A stretch of DNA of 41,975 nt from contig AP039697.1 of NCBI GenBank assembly GCA_051599415.1, forward strand, positions 496,001 to 537,975, read 5' to 3'. Positions 1 through 10,164 of this stretch are shown one piece after another; positions within the stretch are counted from its first letter, which is position 1, and the number at the start of each line of letters is the position of its first letter. The translations under genes were made by a program, and so were the position numbers. This DNA is from Savitreella phatthalungensis. Lineage: Eukaryota. The notes under the pieces are model-generated. The model worked only from the letters and a program-made list of their open reading frames with translations. It ran no database searches and was not told the DNA's origin.

Positions 1-2
1 AC

Positions 3-359
3 GAGAATATACTTCTCTCAAGACTGCCGCAGCTACTTGGTGTACCACACGCTGAGCGCATTGTGCGAGAGATGATCGTGGCTGGTAGACTGCGCGCTGT
101 GATTGATCAGGTCGACGGAGTGCTGTTTCTGCTAGATCAGAGCGATGCGGCCGACGACGGGGCTGAGGATGAGGAATTGACAGCCGAAGCTGGCACAACA
201 ATGCTCCAGGCCGACTCCGGCGTCGTCGAGGACAACGCAGCAACCAAGCTAGCAACGACAAACGCACGCAGACCTGCTGAAGCCTTTGACACGCGGGTGA
301 CAACGATAATCCAGGCTGTAGAGCAATTGTCGACGGATCTTCGGCTCGTAATGACATGA
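3..359 (+). CDS. CSN4: C-terminal part of a PCI-domain protein, most likely COP9 signalosome subunit 4 (5' end outside window)
   Basis: Frame is open from position 3: (Y)ENILLSRLPQLLGVPHAERIVREMIVAGRLRAVIDQVDGVLF matches the PCI winged-helix end of CSN4 (YxNI...L..LL....AE....MI..GRL...IDQ.DG). The terminal helix FDTRVTTIIQAVEQL also fits. Confidence 0.7.
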   Translation, partial: ENILLSRLPQLLGVPHAERIVREMIVAGRLRAVIDQVDGVLFLLDQSDAADDGAEDEELTAEAGTTMLQADSGVVEDNAATKLATTNARRPAEAFDTRVTTIIQAVEQLSTDLRLVMT

Positions 360-386
360 ATGAATGAGTATTCTAGATCCTTCTGT

Positions 387-2306
387 CTAGCGCGACCTCC
401 TTGAACCCAATCCAATCTTGCCGCTGTACAGGTGCTTCGGCTTCGTCTCTGCGATGTGTCTGTCGGACTCTGATGCACGAGCCATGCGGTTACGCTCGCG
501 TTGCTGTACTTTGAGCAAACGTTCCGCTTTAGAGCGCATGATTTCCGTAGCGAAGCCAGCGCGAGAGCGGTCGCGAGTCGGTGCACGGGAGACAGACCGA
601 ATGCGAGAGACTGATCTTGCAGCGGCCTCTGAGTCGACCATGTCAATATCTGCCGCGGGCCGAGCGCGGCCACGACTCGCCCGTTCTTCGATCGCCCTGG
701 TTGGCAGGTTATTGGATTGCAATGTATCGCGAAGGTCTGAGAACTTTTGCAATCCAGCTGTGCGTGGGATTTGCGGTCGATTTTTCAGGACCTTTTTCGA
801 TCTGGCCAACTTCTTCAACTTCTCGTTCTTTTGACGGATGAGCTGAGCTTTTGTCAGAATCTCCTCGTCGGCGTCATCCACCATCTCATCTTCCTCGTCG
901 TAGAAGCCCTCTTTCTCAAGCGTTTCTTCTTCAGCCTCCAGCGCTGCAAGCTTGGCATCAATGTCGGGGTCAATGTAATCAGCAATGTTGCGTCCATTGA
1001 TAAGTTCTGGAGCCTTGTCAGCTTTCCATTCATCATTCTCCAGATCCCACTTCTTCTTGAGATCGTAATTGTATGTTCCTGCGCCGCCATGTTCGGCTTC
1101 GAGGTCTCGCTCGAGTCGTCGTCGATCCGGTGCGTTCCAGTCATAGTGTGCTCCTACCACAGCGCCGTCGGGAATGTGGGGCAACCTGGGATTGTCATCT
1201 CTGGCGGCTGGATTGGACAGATGTATCCGATTGAGCACATCGTTGATCTTATTACCGCGCAACTTTGATTCGACGCGCGCGGCCAGGAGCTTGTCGCAAG
1301 CAACATTACGAACGGCCATGACGCCCTCATCGTTGAAGCATGAAGATGTGACCATTTGCACACCAGACTCGACGATCCCCTGCAGGAGAGCAGCATTCTC
1401 CGGGTCAAGATCTTCCGGCCGCACGATGTCTATTTTGTTGACCACCAAAACGACGGGCTTATTTGCAAACAGCGGCTTGATTGAATGGAAGAGTTGCACC
1501 TGTGCTGCGATCGTATAACCGCACTGTTCCGACAGATCCATGAAATACATCACGCAGGCACGGAGATGCGCCATAGCTGTAATGCTTTGCATCTCGATCG
1601 TGTTCATTTCCTCCAGCGGATGGTCAAGAATGCCTGGTGTATCAATCACCTGCCAGCGAAGGTATCGATAGTCCATATGCCCAACGAAAAGCGACTTCGT
1701 CGTGAACGCGTATGGTTGTACATCGACATCAGCCCTTGTAATCTTATTGATGAACGATGACTTCCCGACATTCGGATAGCCGCAGAGAATCAGAGTCCGG
1801 GTATTGGTATCAATCGCTGGCAAACGACCGAGATGCTGTCTGACTTGTTCGAGATACACAAGAGAGTCCTTTGCGCGGCCTCTGAGGATTGTTGCCATGC
1901 GGCCGAGAGCAGCGCGCTTGAGCTGTTTGCATCGATACAGCGAGTCTCCGTATTTAATGAGGCGAACATAGTCCCTGGAAACCTGCTCAATCAGATGCTT
2001 CGCTGTGGACAACTGAGATAGCGCGATCTTGAGATGGTCGCGGTCATATAGAACATTCAGAAGATCCTGATAGAATGGATGAATGTCGTTGAGCTTGGGA
2101 AATTCGTCGAGAATGCTCTGGAGCTTCTCCGAGAACGTCTCCTGCGTGAACTTGATCTTGCGAGCATAAAAATTGCGGATACGCGAGATCTTGAAACCAG
2201 AGCGGATGACAGTAGGCGTCTTGCGTTGCGTTCTGGACAGAACAATATCGAGGAAGTCCGTTGCGTTGGGAATCGGCTGAATAGCCTTGAACCCTGCCGT
2301 GGCCAT
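387..2306 (-). CDS. NOG1: Nucleolar GTP-binding protein 1 (60S biogenesis GTPase)
   Basis: 639 aa with N-terminal [17 protein letters not shown]1 GYPNVGKS, G2 YAFTT, G3 DTPG, G4 NKID and C-terminal KPKHLYSGK, all typical of Nog1. Confidence 0.97.
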   Translation of the reverse strand: MATAGFKAIQPIPNATDFLDIVLSRTQRKTPTVIRSGFKISRIRNFYARKIKFTQETFSEKLQSILDEFPKLNDIHPFYQDLLNVLYDRDHLKIALSQLSTAKHLIEQVSRDYVRLIKYGDSLYRCKQLKRAALGRMATILRGRAKDSLVYLEQVRQHLGRLPAIDTNTRTLILCGYPNVGKSSFINKITRADVDVQPYAFTTKSLFVGHMDYRYLRWQVIDTPGILDHPLEEMNTIEMQSITAMAHLRACVMYFMDLSEQCGYTIAAQVQLFHSIKPLFANKPVVLVVNKIDIVRPEDLDPENAALLQGIVESGVQMVTSSCFNDEGVMAVRNVACDKLLAARVESKLRGNKINDVLNRIHLSNPAARDDNPRLPHIPDGAVVGAHYDWNAPDRRRLERDLEAEHGGAGTYNYDLKKKWDLENDEWKADKAPELINGRNIADYIDPDIDAKLAALEAEEETLEKEGFYDEEDEMVDDADEEILTKAQLIRQKNEKLKKLARSKKVLKNRPQIPRTAGLQKFSDLRDTLQSNNLPTRAIEERASRGRARPAADIDMVDSEAAARSVSRIRSVSRAPTRDRSRAGFATEIMRSKAERLLKVQQRERNRMARASESDRHIAETKPKHLYSGKIGLGSRRSR

Positions 2307-2771
2307 AGTGCGTTCTACAGTCTCAAGAGATTGTTCACTGTTTGATAGACGAGCTTTTTCACGCGATGTGCGAGCGTCTCAGGCTATACTGAGGATTGCT
2401 CGTATCAAGTTTGAGCGTGCAGTCAGCTTCCCAGCGCCTTTACTGACTCGTAACTGTGACCTTGAGATGTGGATGGGTAAATGAGGTGTGATCTGTGCCT
2501 GGGATTTGGAGTGCGGGTTTTGCACGATTGAGCGCACGTGTATGGAATGATGATTCGATCAAACTATACTTGCAGATTCCACATGCACGGATCCTGACGA
2601 TATCTTGGTTCAAGCCAGTACTCACCGGTCTGTTTAGGGGGGTCGATGTCACCCACGCACCTATACTAAACATACATCAAGAACCTCAAGGGTAGGAGGA
2701 ACGTGATCTCAATAGCCTAGGAGGGACGCGCTCTCTCTCTCTGGGACATTAGACAGCTTGGAAGAATTCCA

Positions 2772-3734
2772 ATGAATCCATCTGCGGATCCAGAATCGAT
2801 ACGACTGTCGCTGCTCTCCAATCCGCAGATGCTCGCGCAACTTCGAGCGCAACAACCGGCTCTAGCAGAAGCGGCGGTCAATGATCCTCCGCGCTTTGCG
2901 CAGATGCTCAGAGATATGGCTCGACAGCAGTACGAAGATCAAGCAGAGCGCGATCGTCAATATCGTGCACTTGAGGACGATCCGTTCGATGTTGAAGCGC
3001 AACGCAGGATCGAGGAGATCATCCGGCAAGAAGCGGTACTGGATAATCTCAACAATGCTATGGAATATCACCCGGAGTCATTTGGCCGAGTGACGATGCT
3101 CTACGTCGATGTCGAGGTCAATGGACACAAGGTGAAGGCATTCGTCGACTCCGGCGCGCAGGCAACGATCATGTCGCCGGATTGCGCTGAGCGCTGCAAC
3201 TTGACTCGTCTGATCGATAAGCGTTTTGCTGGCATTGCGCACGGCGTCGGGACAGCCAACATCCTTGGTCGCGTCCACTCCGCCCAGGTCAAGGTCGGCA
3301 GCATGTTTATCCTCTGTAGCTTTACGATCATGGAAGGCAGAACAGGTCCCGAGATGCTGCTTGGACTTGACATGCTTAGGAGACACCAGGCCAATATCGA
3401 CCTGGGAGCAAACAAGCTACGCATCGGCAACGAAGCCGTCCGATTTCTGGATGAGCATGAAATACCTGCTGAAGCCAAAGACGTGGAGGCTAAAGCGAAG
3501 ATGTCGGCAGTGCCATCAAACCCATCGCAGCTCGACCGACAGGCGCCATTGACATCGCAACCGGCTTCGACAGGGCCAATGGCATCGTCGCAGCCCTCTG
3601 TCAGGGGCGCGGCTTCAACTGAGAAAGTGCAGCAGTTGATCTCCATGGGCTTTGATCACGCGGAGTGTGTGCATGCACTTGAAGCGACAAGGGATGACGT
3701 CGAACTGGCAGCAGGCATTTTGCTGGGCAATTAA
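2772..3734 (+). CDS. DDI1: DNA damage-inducible aspartyl protease / ubiquitin receptor Ddi1 (Mud1-type: HDD-RVP-UBA, no UBL)
   Basis: Retroviral-protease-like motif AFVDSGAQATIMS, LLGLDMLRRH, and a C-terminal UBA (QLISMGFD...ALEAT..DVELAAGILL). Confidence 0.93.
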   Translation: MNPSADPESIRLSLLSNPQMLAQLRAQQPALAEAAVNDPPRFAQMLRDMARQQYEDQAERDRQYRALEDDPFDVEAQRRIEEIIRQEAVLDNLNNAMEYHPESFGRVTMLYVDVEVNGHKVKAFVDSGAQATIMSPDCAERCNLTRLIDKRFAGIAHGVGTANILGRVHSAQVKVGSMFILCSFTIMEGRTGPEMLLGLDMLRRHQANIDLGANKLRIGNEAVRFLDEHEIPAEAKDVEAKAKMSAVPSNPSQLDRQAPLTSQPASTGPMASSQPSVRGAASTEKVQQLISMGFDHAECVHALEATRDDVELAAGILLGN

Positions 3735-3897
3735 CGAATTACCTTTAACGAATATACTACGCCCGGTCATCCTTTGTCTAAAAAGTCGTTGCGCGCTCGA
3801 TCATGCTTCAGTACGTTGGTCAATGAGAGAGTGGGAGAGTGGATGTGGGGCAATACGCGCCGTGCGGACCATTCATGAACCTTGAGCACTGCTTCCT

Positions 3898-4866
3898 TCA
3901 GCCGCGTACCGACGACGACAATTCCTTGTAGTACATGAGCTCATCATAGCAATTCCTGTAGACACAGCCAGCCAGGTTGATGACAAAGTCGCGTTCGGCG
4001 TAAAAAAACTGACGATCATTCTGCGCTTCAGTGCAAGCGCCCGGGGGAAACGCGTTGATCTTCCGATTACCGACAAATGCAACAGAGGAGCGCAGCCATG
4101 ATTGACTGCGGTAGAGCTCTTGAAAGGCATCCTGCTCCTTTTGAGCCCACTGCATGTGCTTCTGCTCGTAAAATACCGGGTCCCACCAAACGTCCAGCAA
4201 GCGCTCGGTCCATTCACTCCGTCGGAGGAAGAATGATCCGAGATTAAAGCCGCCGCAATCCTGTGGAACGATCATATTTATGGGCTGCGAGAAGTCGACG
4301 TATGGCGCCTCAACATCGCGCATATCCAGAGGATTGTACGCGACCGACAGATTTCGCACTACATTCTCCTGCAAATTGTCGAACAAGTGTCGCTCGAGGG
4401 AGATGGACGGCTCCATGATGAAAGTTGTCAGATCGAGCCACCAGAACCATTCGGCATGTGGATGGTCGCGCATGACACGCTTGATAGTGTCAACCTTCTC
4501 CCACGATTCACGCCATTCATGCGCGTATTTGCGCTGCATTGACATGTCCATCACCGCGAGCTCGTAGCCGTGCTTGCGCGCGTATGCTCTCTTGTTGCCG
4601 ATAGATACCTTCTCGACTGCCCATTCTTGAGGACCTTTCCAATTCAGTACACCCCCACCCTGATTGATGGGCATAATGATGACAAGCTTTGGATGGCTGG
4701 GGAACAGGACATACAGTAGTAGATAGACAATGGCGATGAAAGCAATGACTACCAGCACCAACCATCCTGCCGGAGTGAAACCGAATCGTAGCAAACCGTA
4801 CCGTCGAGACATGTCGTCATCGTCATCATCCTCATTCAGATTGCGGGCGCGTGCACGCCTGACCAT
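3898..4866 (-). CDS. MNN10: Glycosyltransferase family 34, alpha-1,6-mannosyltransferase Mnn10-like (type II Golgi membrane protein)
   Basis: N-terminal TM anchor (WLVLVVIAFIAIVYLLLYVLF); NKRAYARKHGY, WRESWEKVD, AEWFWWLD, QDCGGFNLGSFFLRRSEW and EQDA motifs. Confidence 0.85.
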   Translation of the reverse strand: MVRRARARNLNEDDDDDDMSRRYGLLRFGFTPAGWLVLVVIAFIAIVYLLLYVLFPSHPKLVIIMPINQGGGVLNWKGPQEWAVEKVSIGNKRAYARKHGYELAVMDMSMQRKYAHEWRESWEKVDTIKRVMRDHPHAEWFWWLDLTTFIMEPSISLERHLFDNLQENVVRNLSVAYNPLDMRDVEAPYVDFSQPINMIVPQDCGGFNLGSFFLRRSEWTERLLDVWWDPVFYEQKHMQWAQKEQDAFQELYRSQSWLRSSVAFVGNRKINAFPPGACTEAQNDRQFFYAERDFVINLAGCVYRNCYDELMYYKELSSSVRG

Positions 4867-6177
4867 CGTCCTTGACAGAAGTGACTTATGCGAGACGCGT
4901 ACACTTTCTGCAGATCGAAACGAGCTGACAAACAGCGAAGCTCAAGGGCGAACGCAGATTCCGCACACGCGCCGTCAGCTCGCGGGTAGTCTGTGAATTG
5001 AAACCTCCGGGAGCTGTCGAATGGAGGTCAGACTGATGCTGATGAGCCTTGCCGCTCCACTCACTGATACGAAGGCCTCACGACTGCTTGTCAATGGCTG
5101 TGTTACGCGGAAAAAGCCCACACTTCTATATATCGGACGCCGTAGTGCATAGGTACAGTCACGTTCTGCACACGAAAGCCGTGTATGCACGATATCCCGC
5201 AAAGTGGTGCATAGGACGTCGAAAGCGCGTTTGCTGAGACAATTCGCCATGCACAGGTCGACTCACAGGTCGAGTCGAAATGTAAATTAGCTTGTGTATC
5301 TGGTGCTATTTGAGCACATATACAGTGAATATTCGATCTTGCATACAGTATCCCTTCAATCACTTATTAGGATCATTACACGTTTGTAAACTTCAGCTTG
5401 CCATAAGGAGATCTTTGAACGATCGAGCTGCCGCCTGTCGATAGGCGGACATCAAGCATGATGATACGGCTAGTATTGATTTAGTGATCTTATTAACCAG
5501 TTGTTTGGCGTTCAGCATGTGGTTTCGTTGAGCTGCAAATGAAAATCGCCGATGGTATATGCATCGGTCAGCATTTGCACACTCAAGCGGGAGAACTACT
5601 GATCAGAAGGTATCGAAGAATGATAAATGACAGATTAGTCGGGGTCGGGAATTGCAATTGGGACTAGCCGTATGCGGATACCGACATCACACTGCACAAT
5701 ATTGTCCAAGACCGCCGGCGGATCGAGTCGAAAGATCTCGTCTCCCCTAGCAAGCCTTGAGAATGCAAGAAAACATGTGAGTGCCTAAAGTTTGATCTTG
5801 ACTTTGCAGCTCGAAGCGAGATCACGAAGGATATTTTGCCCTTTTTTGTTTACACAAACTGATTGAGCTGCATAAGAATCAGCTTGGTACATCACATCAA
5901 AGTGGTATTGATTCAGTACGAACGTATGCAGCGCACATAACAGGGCATTATGACGGGTTCGTGCACGCGTCTATCGTTCTCCTGTACGTGTCAGTAACGA
6001 AGATCTTGTAGGACTGATATTGAAGGCTCTTAAGAATTGCGTGAGTCCGTCATTCGAATTTTGTACCGATCCCGCCTGGCTGAAACCTAAGATTGCTACC
6101 ACAGCTCACGCGCCGTTTAGAACACTCACCTATTTAAATGCGTGAGAGCTAATTGAGTCACACACCAATAAGACAAC

Positions 6178-8088
6178 ATGACCATGTCGACCGATTCAGC
6201 TTCACCAATCAAGCCTGCGTTCTGCGGCGTCATGTCCGACAACGATGCTAAACAGCTCGCTATACTCAGGCTTAGAGACTTTGAGGTGGCTGCTTTGGCC
6301 AGCGCACGGGTGGAAGCGAGTTTTCGCAATGCCTTTGCTTGGCCGGTAATTCTCCTCCTACGACCTTTTTGGTGCTGGTCCAAGAGCTGTGCCGGGCTGC
6401 CCCACTCCCACCGTCTTGATACCTGGCAGGGGAACGGGAACCGCATCGAGCAATTTGTCGTCAGCCTTGCTCCTCTGACACGCTTCGCCTGGAGCTCCAT
6501 CAAGAACTTGGTCTTATCTCTCCGAGATTGGCGTGCACTGGCGGCTGATCCTTTTGGGTTCGTCTTCAGCATCGTTGCCTTCATTCTCGTCATTCTCATT
6601 CTTCTCGTCTTCACACTCACCGTGATGATCTTCCAAGACATTTTCAAGGCTACTGATTGGATCAAGCGAGCTGGTAATGCTGCCACCCAAGCCATTGTCA
6701 TCTCGTCTGAGTTCCGTGCCCCCGAGGCCTGGGTCAAGTCGACTCACAAAGAGCTATCGGTGGGCCCAGCGGGCTCGACCGGAGACAACGACATCGTGCT
6801 GTCCCCGGCCATCGCACAACTCACATTGCTTCTTGCTTCTGCGATCTATCAGCGTGACGCGCAGGTCGAGACTCAGGCAGGAAAGCTCTACAATAGTCGA
6901 GCTCTTGTCGTCGGTAAGTCAATCCCTCGCGAGCCAATCATCGTTCAACGCAGCCGAGACGCTCCTGGCGTGATCGAGCTCGAGTCGCCAGAATTTCACA
7001 TCCCGCATGAAAGACTTGAGCTTGGCAAGGAGCTACAAAAAGTGCTGCTACGTGCGGACGAGGCAATCGATCGATCTGCTCGCAAGCTCGGCTTAAATTA
7101 CCAGACAGTGTCTGAGCTTGATACCGGCTTCGGAGGTTCATTCTGTGGTTTCTTCATACCTTCCGAGCGTGTGTCCGGTTGTGATGACTTTCTTGTCGTC
7201 ACGTTCAAGGGAACCACTCCAACAGACCCAACAGAGTTCATCGTTGATGCCGATTTCACCAAAACTGACGCATCGGAATATCTAGCTGGCAAGTGCCACA
7301 CAGGCTTCTACACTAGCTTGTTTCCCTCTCATCAGACACCACGCCGGGAATCTCGAGCGGACGAAGAGACTGCGGCCTCCTCATCTCCCTACAGCCGTAT
7401 CATGCAGGCACTGCGATTTGCTATTCGTGCCATGCAGCGCAGCGCGGGACCGAACAGGACGGTGCGCATCTACGTGACCGGACACTCGCTCGGAGCCGCG
7501 TTAGCTACGCTATTTTATGCTCGTCTGCTTTTGCATCCCGAGGACCTGGATGGCCTCAACAATGTCGAGCTCGCGCCACTGCATGTCTACGGCTCTCCCG
7601 CTGTCGGGGACACGGAGTTCGCAAAGGCTTTTTCGTCTGCAGCCGAAGCAGCACGCAAGTCAGCCAGAGCTTCCGGGAAAGGTGTTGAACGCGACATCGG
7701 GGCAATTCGCATCATCGATCGAGACGATGTCGTGACCCGTGCTCCGCCGAACTTTAATGGCTCCGGGGTTGGACATGATCGCCGTAACATCTTTGTCAAG
7801 GCTGGTAGCATTTTCGATTATGTGCAGGTGGGAACTGGCTGTCGAGTCTACGCCACTGGGATGCCCGCGGAGCTCAGTTCGCGCACCGAGCTCCTGCCTT
7901 TCAAGCATCACCACATCGATGTTGGGCTCGGCACATCTCACCCATTCTCTTCTGAGCCGCCGACAATTATTCTTCGCCTCCTCTCTCATGTTCCAATTAT
8001 CAGCGGATTTGTCAATCACAGCGGCAGGATGTATAATTATGGCATCCAGCGCACTTTTCGTCCCGCTGATTCTCTGAACGGTCAATAG
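6178..8088 (+). CDS. Class 3 (fungal-type) lipase with an N-terminal transmembrane segment
   Basis: VVTFKGT oxyanion region, HTGFY, nucleophile elbow YVTGHSLG (7480-7494), YGSPAVGD, DVVTRAPP and a late His (NHS). Hydrophobic stretch FVFSIVAFILVILILLVFTLTVMIF. Confidence 0.88.
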   Translation: MTMSTDSASPIKPAFCGVMSDNDAKQLAILRLRDFEVAALASARVEASFRNAFAWPVILLLRPFWCWSKSCAGLPHSHRLDTWQGNGNRIEQFVVSLAPLTRFAWSSIKNLVLSLRDWRALAADPFGFVFSIVAFILVILILLVFTLTVMIFQDIFKATDWIKRAGNAATQAIVISSEFRAPEAWVKSTHKELSVGPAGSTGDNDIVLSPAIAQLTLLLASAIYQRDAQVETQAGKLYNSRALVVGKSIPREPIIVQRSRDAPGVIELESPEFHIPHERLELGKELQKVLLRADEAIDRSARKLGLNYQTVSELDTGFGGSFCGFFIPSERVSGCDDFLVVTFKGTTPTDPTEFIVDADFTKTDASEYLAGKCHTGFYTSLFPSHQTPRRESRADEETAASSSPYSRIMQALRFAIRAMQRSAGPNRTVRIYVTGHSLGAALATLFYARLLLHPEDLDGLNNVELAPLHVYGSPAVGDTEFAKAFSSAAEAARKSARASGKGVERDIGAIRIIDRDDVVTRAPPNFNGSGVGHDRRNIFVKAGSIFDYVQVGTGCRVYATGMPAELSSRTELLPFKHHHIDVGLGTSHPFSSEPPTIILRLLSHVPIISGFVNHSGRMYNYGIQRTFRPADSLNGQ

Positions 8089-8234
8089 GCCGATCCCGCT
8101 TCGTCACTAAATAGCGGTTCATACTTCTGATTGCATCGATACGAAACACGTTTCATAGTGTCAGACGCGTGATCGAAGTGTATAATGCTGAAATCGCTGG
8201 CGTTCATGACAAACAACAGAGGACGCACCTTGAC

Positions 8235-8909
8235 ATGAGTGCTGTCAGGCGTAAAGGCTCCCTGACGCCTTCGCAGCTGCGTCAAAAAGGGGGCACGGTC
8301 AGAATCCGAGGCAAATCAGCTTCGAATCAATCGGCATCACAAAGTGGCGAGATTGAGCAAGAGCGAAACGAGGCAGAGGCCATTCAGGACGAGAACGAAG
8401 CAGTTCAAAACCATGAGGAGCAGGAAACATCTCAGCATTTCAATGAGGGAACAAACGATGCTTCAAGCTCTTCACAGCGCTCAGCTGCGGATATTCTGGC
8501 GGATCACGAAGCTCGTCGACAAGCTCAGCGTGATAGAGCCCCGCAGAAAGGATCTCAGGAAAAACGTCCGCTTGGCTCGCATCTGTCGTTCGGCGGACCG
8601 AAGAGCAAATTGTTCGCTCGCCGGCGCTTGATCTCACGTGAACCGCGTAAGGATGCCTTGAGTGGCATCACCAACAATGACTTGCGTCGGCTGGCTCGTC
8701 GTGGTGGAGTCAAGCGTGTGAGCGCTGCAATCTACCCTGAAGCTCGACGAGCCATGCGCGATTTCGTTCGACCGCTCCTTGGCAATATTGCGGCAATCGT
8801 AGAGATGCGAAAGCAGCAGACCGTCACATACAAAGACGTGATTTATGCGCTCAAGTTCGCTGGCAAGACGCTATATGGATTCAGCAATGATGTCAAAGCG
8901 AAGCGTTGA
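8235..8909 (+). CDS. Divergent histone H4-like protein (H4 variant) with a long N-terminal extension, 224 aa
   Basis: First ATG at 8235 (the ORF track starts at a GTG at 8169). The C-terminal DALSGITNNDLRRLARRGGVKRVS...TVTYKDVIYALKFAGKTLYGF aligns without gaps to H4 residues 24-100. Confidence 0.85.
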   Translation: MSAVRRKGSLTPSQLRQKGGTVRIRGKSASNQSASQSGEIEQERNEAEAIQDENEAVQNHEEQETSQHFNEGTNDASSSSQRSAADILADHEARRQAQRDRAPQKGSQEKRPLGSHLSFGGPKSKLFARRRLISREPRKDALSGITNNDLRRLARRGGVKRVSAAIYPEARRAMRDFVRPLLGNIAAIVEMRKQQTVTYKDVIYALKFAGKTLYGFSNDVKAKR

Positions 8910-8948
8910 CAGGTAATGCAAGCGCGAGCATCTATGTCCAGGAGATCG

Positions 8949-9364
8949 TTACACTTTACGTGAGCGTGATCGCACTGCTGTAGTTGGAGATTGTGTCGCG
9001 GTCGAGCCGATCTTCTTCGTTTCCGCTGTAGTGCGAGTCGTGATAGCATCGCTCGCGGCTACCTCGGCCTCTTGCTCGGGCGCGGCGATATGGTCGGCTT
9101 CTTCCTGTGTCAGGATCGCCGTCTGTCTTCGTTGATCTGCGGGCTTTTTGCTGTCGGCGAGCCCGGCTGATGGAAAAGGATGGTTTGACACTGGCTTGCC
9201 TCTAGATCTCACCGGGTCAGTGGCTGAAGCTCGAAGTCTAACGTGGTCGGGTTTACTCACTTCAATTCCTCCCGTGTTTTCTCTTGCGTTCTCCGCAGAC
9301 TCGACACAAGGATAAGCACAGCGACGAGGATGACGGTGCCCCACAGAAATGCTGACCAAGACAT
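8949..9364 (-). CDS. Hypothetical 118-aa single-pass membrane/signal-anchor protein, two exons (9364-9261, 9201-8949)
   Basis: ATG at 9364 gives MSWSAFLWGTVILVAVLILVSSLRRTQEKTREEL. A 59-nt intron 9260-9202 (GTGAGT...CACTGAC...CTAG) splices in frame (AA+A=Lys) onto the 8949..9359 ORF (GKPVSNHPF...RSRKV*). Confidence 0.65.
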
Positions 9365-9606
9365 GATGGTGCTAAGCAATTACGCTGGCGTTCACGGTGT
9401 CGTCAAAATGTTCATATTGTGCGGGCTGGCAGTATGACGTGCGGCTGAATTTTTAGCAGGTTTCGATATTCGTGTCACGAAAGTGCGCGGCCACGAGCTC
9501 GATAATACGTCGTAGAAGTGGAACAACTTGCGCATTTGCACGAGAACGACCAGCGGGGCGAAGGCGCGAAGTAAACACAATTAGAAGGACTTTGCGTGAC
9601 CGAGCC

Positions 9607-10110
9607 ATGATACACGCGATCATGATTTTCAACAACGACGGCAAGCCTCGATTGACGAAGTTCTATGCTCAGATTCCCGTATCGACGCAACAAATGCTCA
9701 TCTCGGAAATATTCTCGCTCGTCAAGGGCAGGCCTTCATCGGCGTGCAACTTTCTTGAGGGTTCGACCCTTCTTGGAGGAGACGAGGTTCGTATTGTCTA
9801 CAGAGGGTACGCAACGCTCTGGTTCTGCTTTGTGGTTGATGATGGAGAGTCTGCGCTGGGTACCCTTGATTTGATTCAGGCGTTTGTCGAAGCGCTGGAT
9901 ACAAAATTCGGTAACGTATGTGAGTTGGATCTCATATTCCACTTTGACACTGTTCACGCTGTATTGGCTGAGTGCGTAAGCGGTGGGTTGGTCGCGGAGA
10001 CCAATGTTTCCGCGATCGTTGCTGCTGTCGACGAAGGCACGAAACAGCAGGCGCTTGACAGGTCGATTAGCGGCGGCATCTTCCGACGCAATCCCCTCCG
10101 CAGCAGATGA
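9607..10110 (+). CDS. APS3: AP-3 adaptor complex sigma subunit
   Basis: MIHAIMIFNNDGKPRLTKFY...CNFLE...YRGYATLWF...VCELDLIFH is the sigma-3 signature. The start is placed at ATG 9607. Confidence 0.92.
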   Translation: MIHAIMIFNNDGKPRLTKFYAQIPVSTQQMLISEIFSLVKGRPSSACNFLEGSTLLGGDEVRIVYRGYATLWFCFVVDDGESALGTLDLIQAFVEALDTKFGNVCELDLIFHFDTVHAVLAECVSGGLVAETNVSAIVAAVDEGTKQQALDRSISGGIFRRNPLRSR

Positions 10111-10164
10111 CACATTCGTCACTGTACTGTATTGAAGCAGACACGAATAACGACTTATTTATGA

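Noticed and set aside
8235..8909. CENP-T/Cnp20 identity for the long-tailed histone-fold protein
   Set aside because: The architecture is similar, but the intact RRLARRGGVKR and TLYGF motifs are H4-specific, so an H4 variant is favoured.
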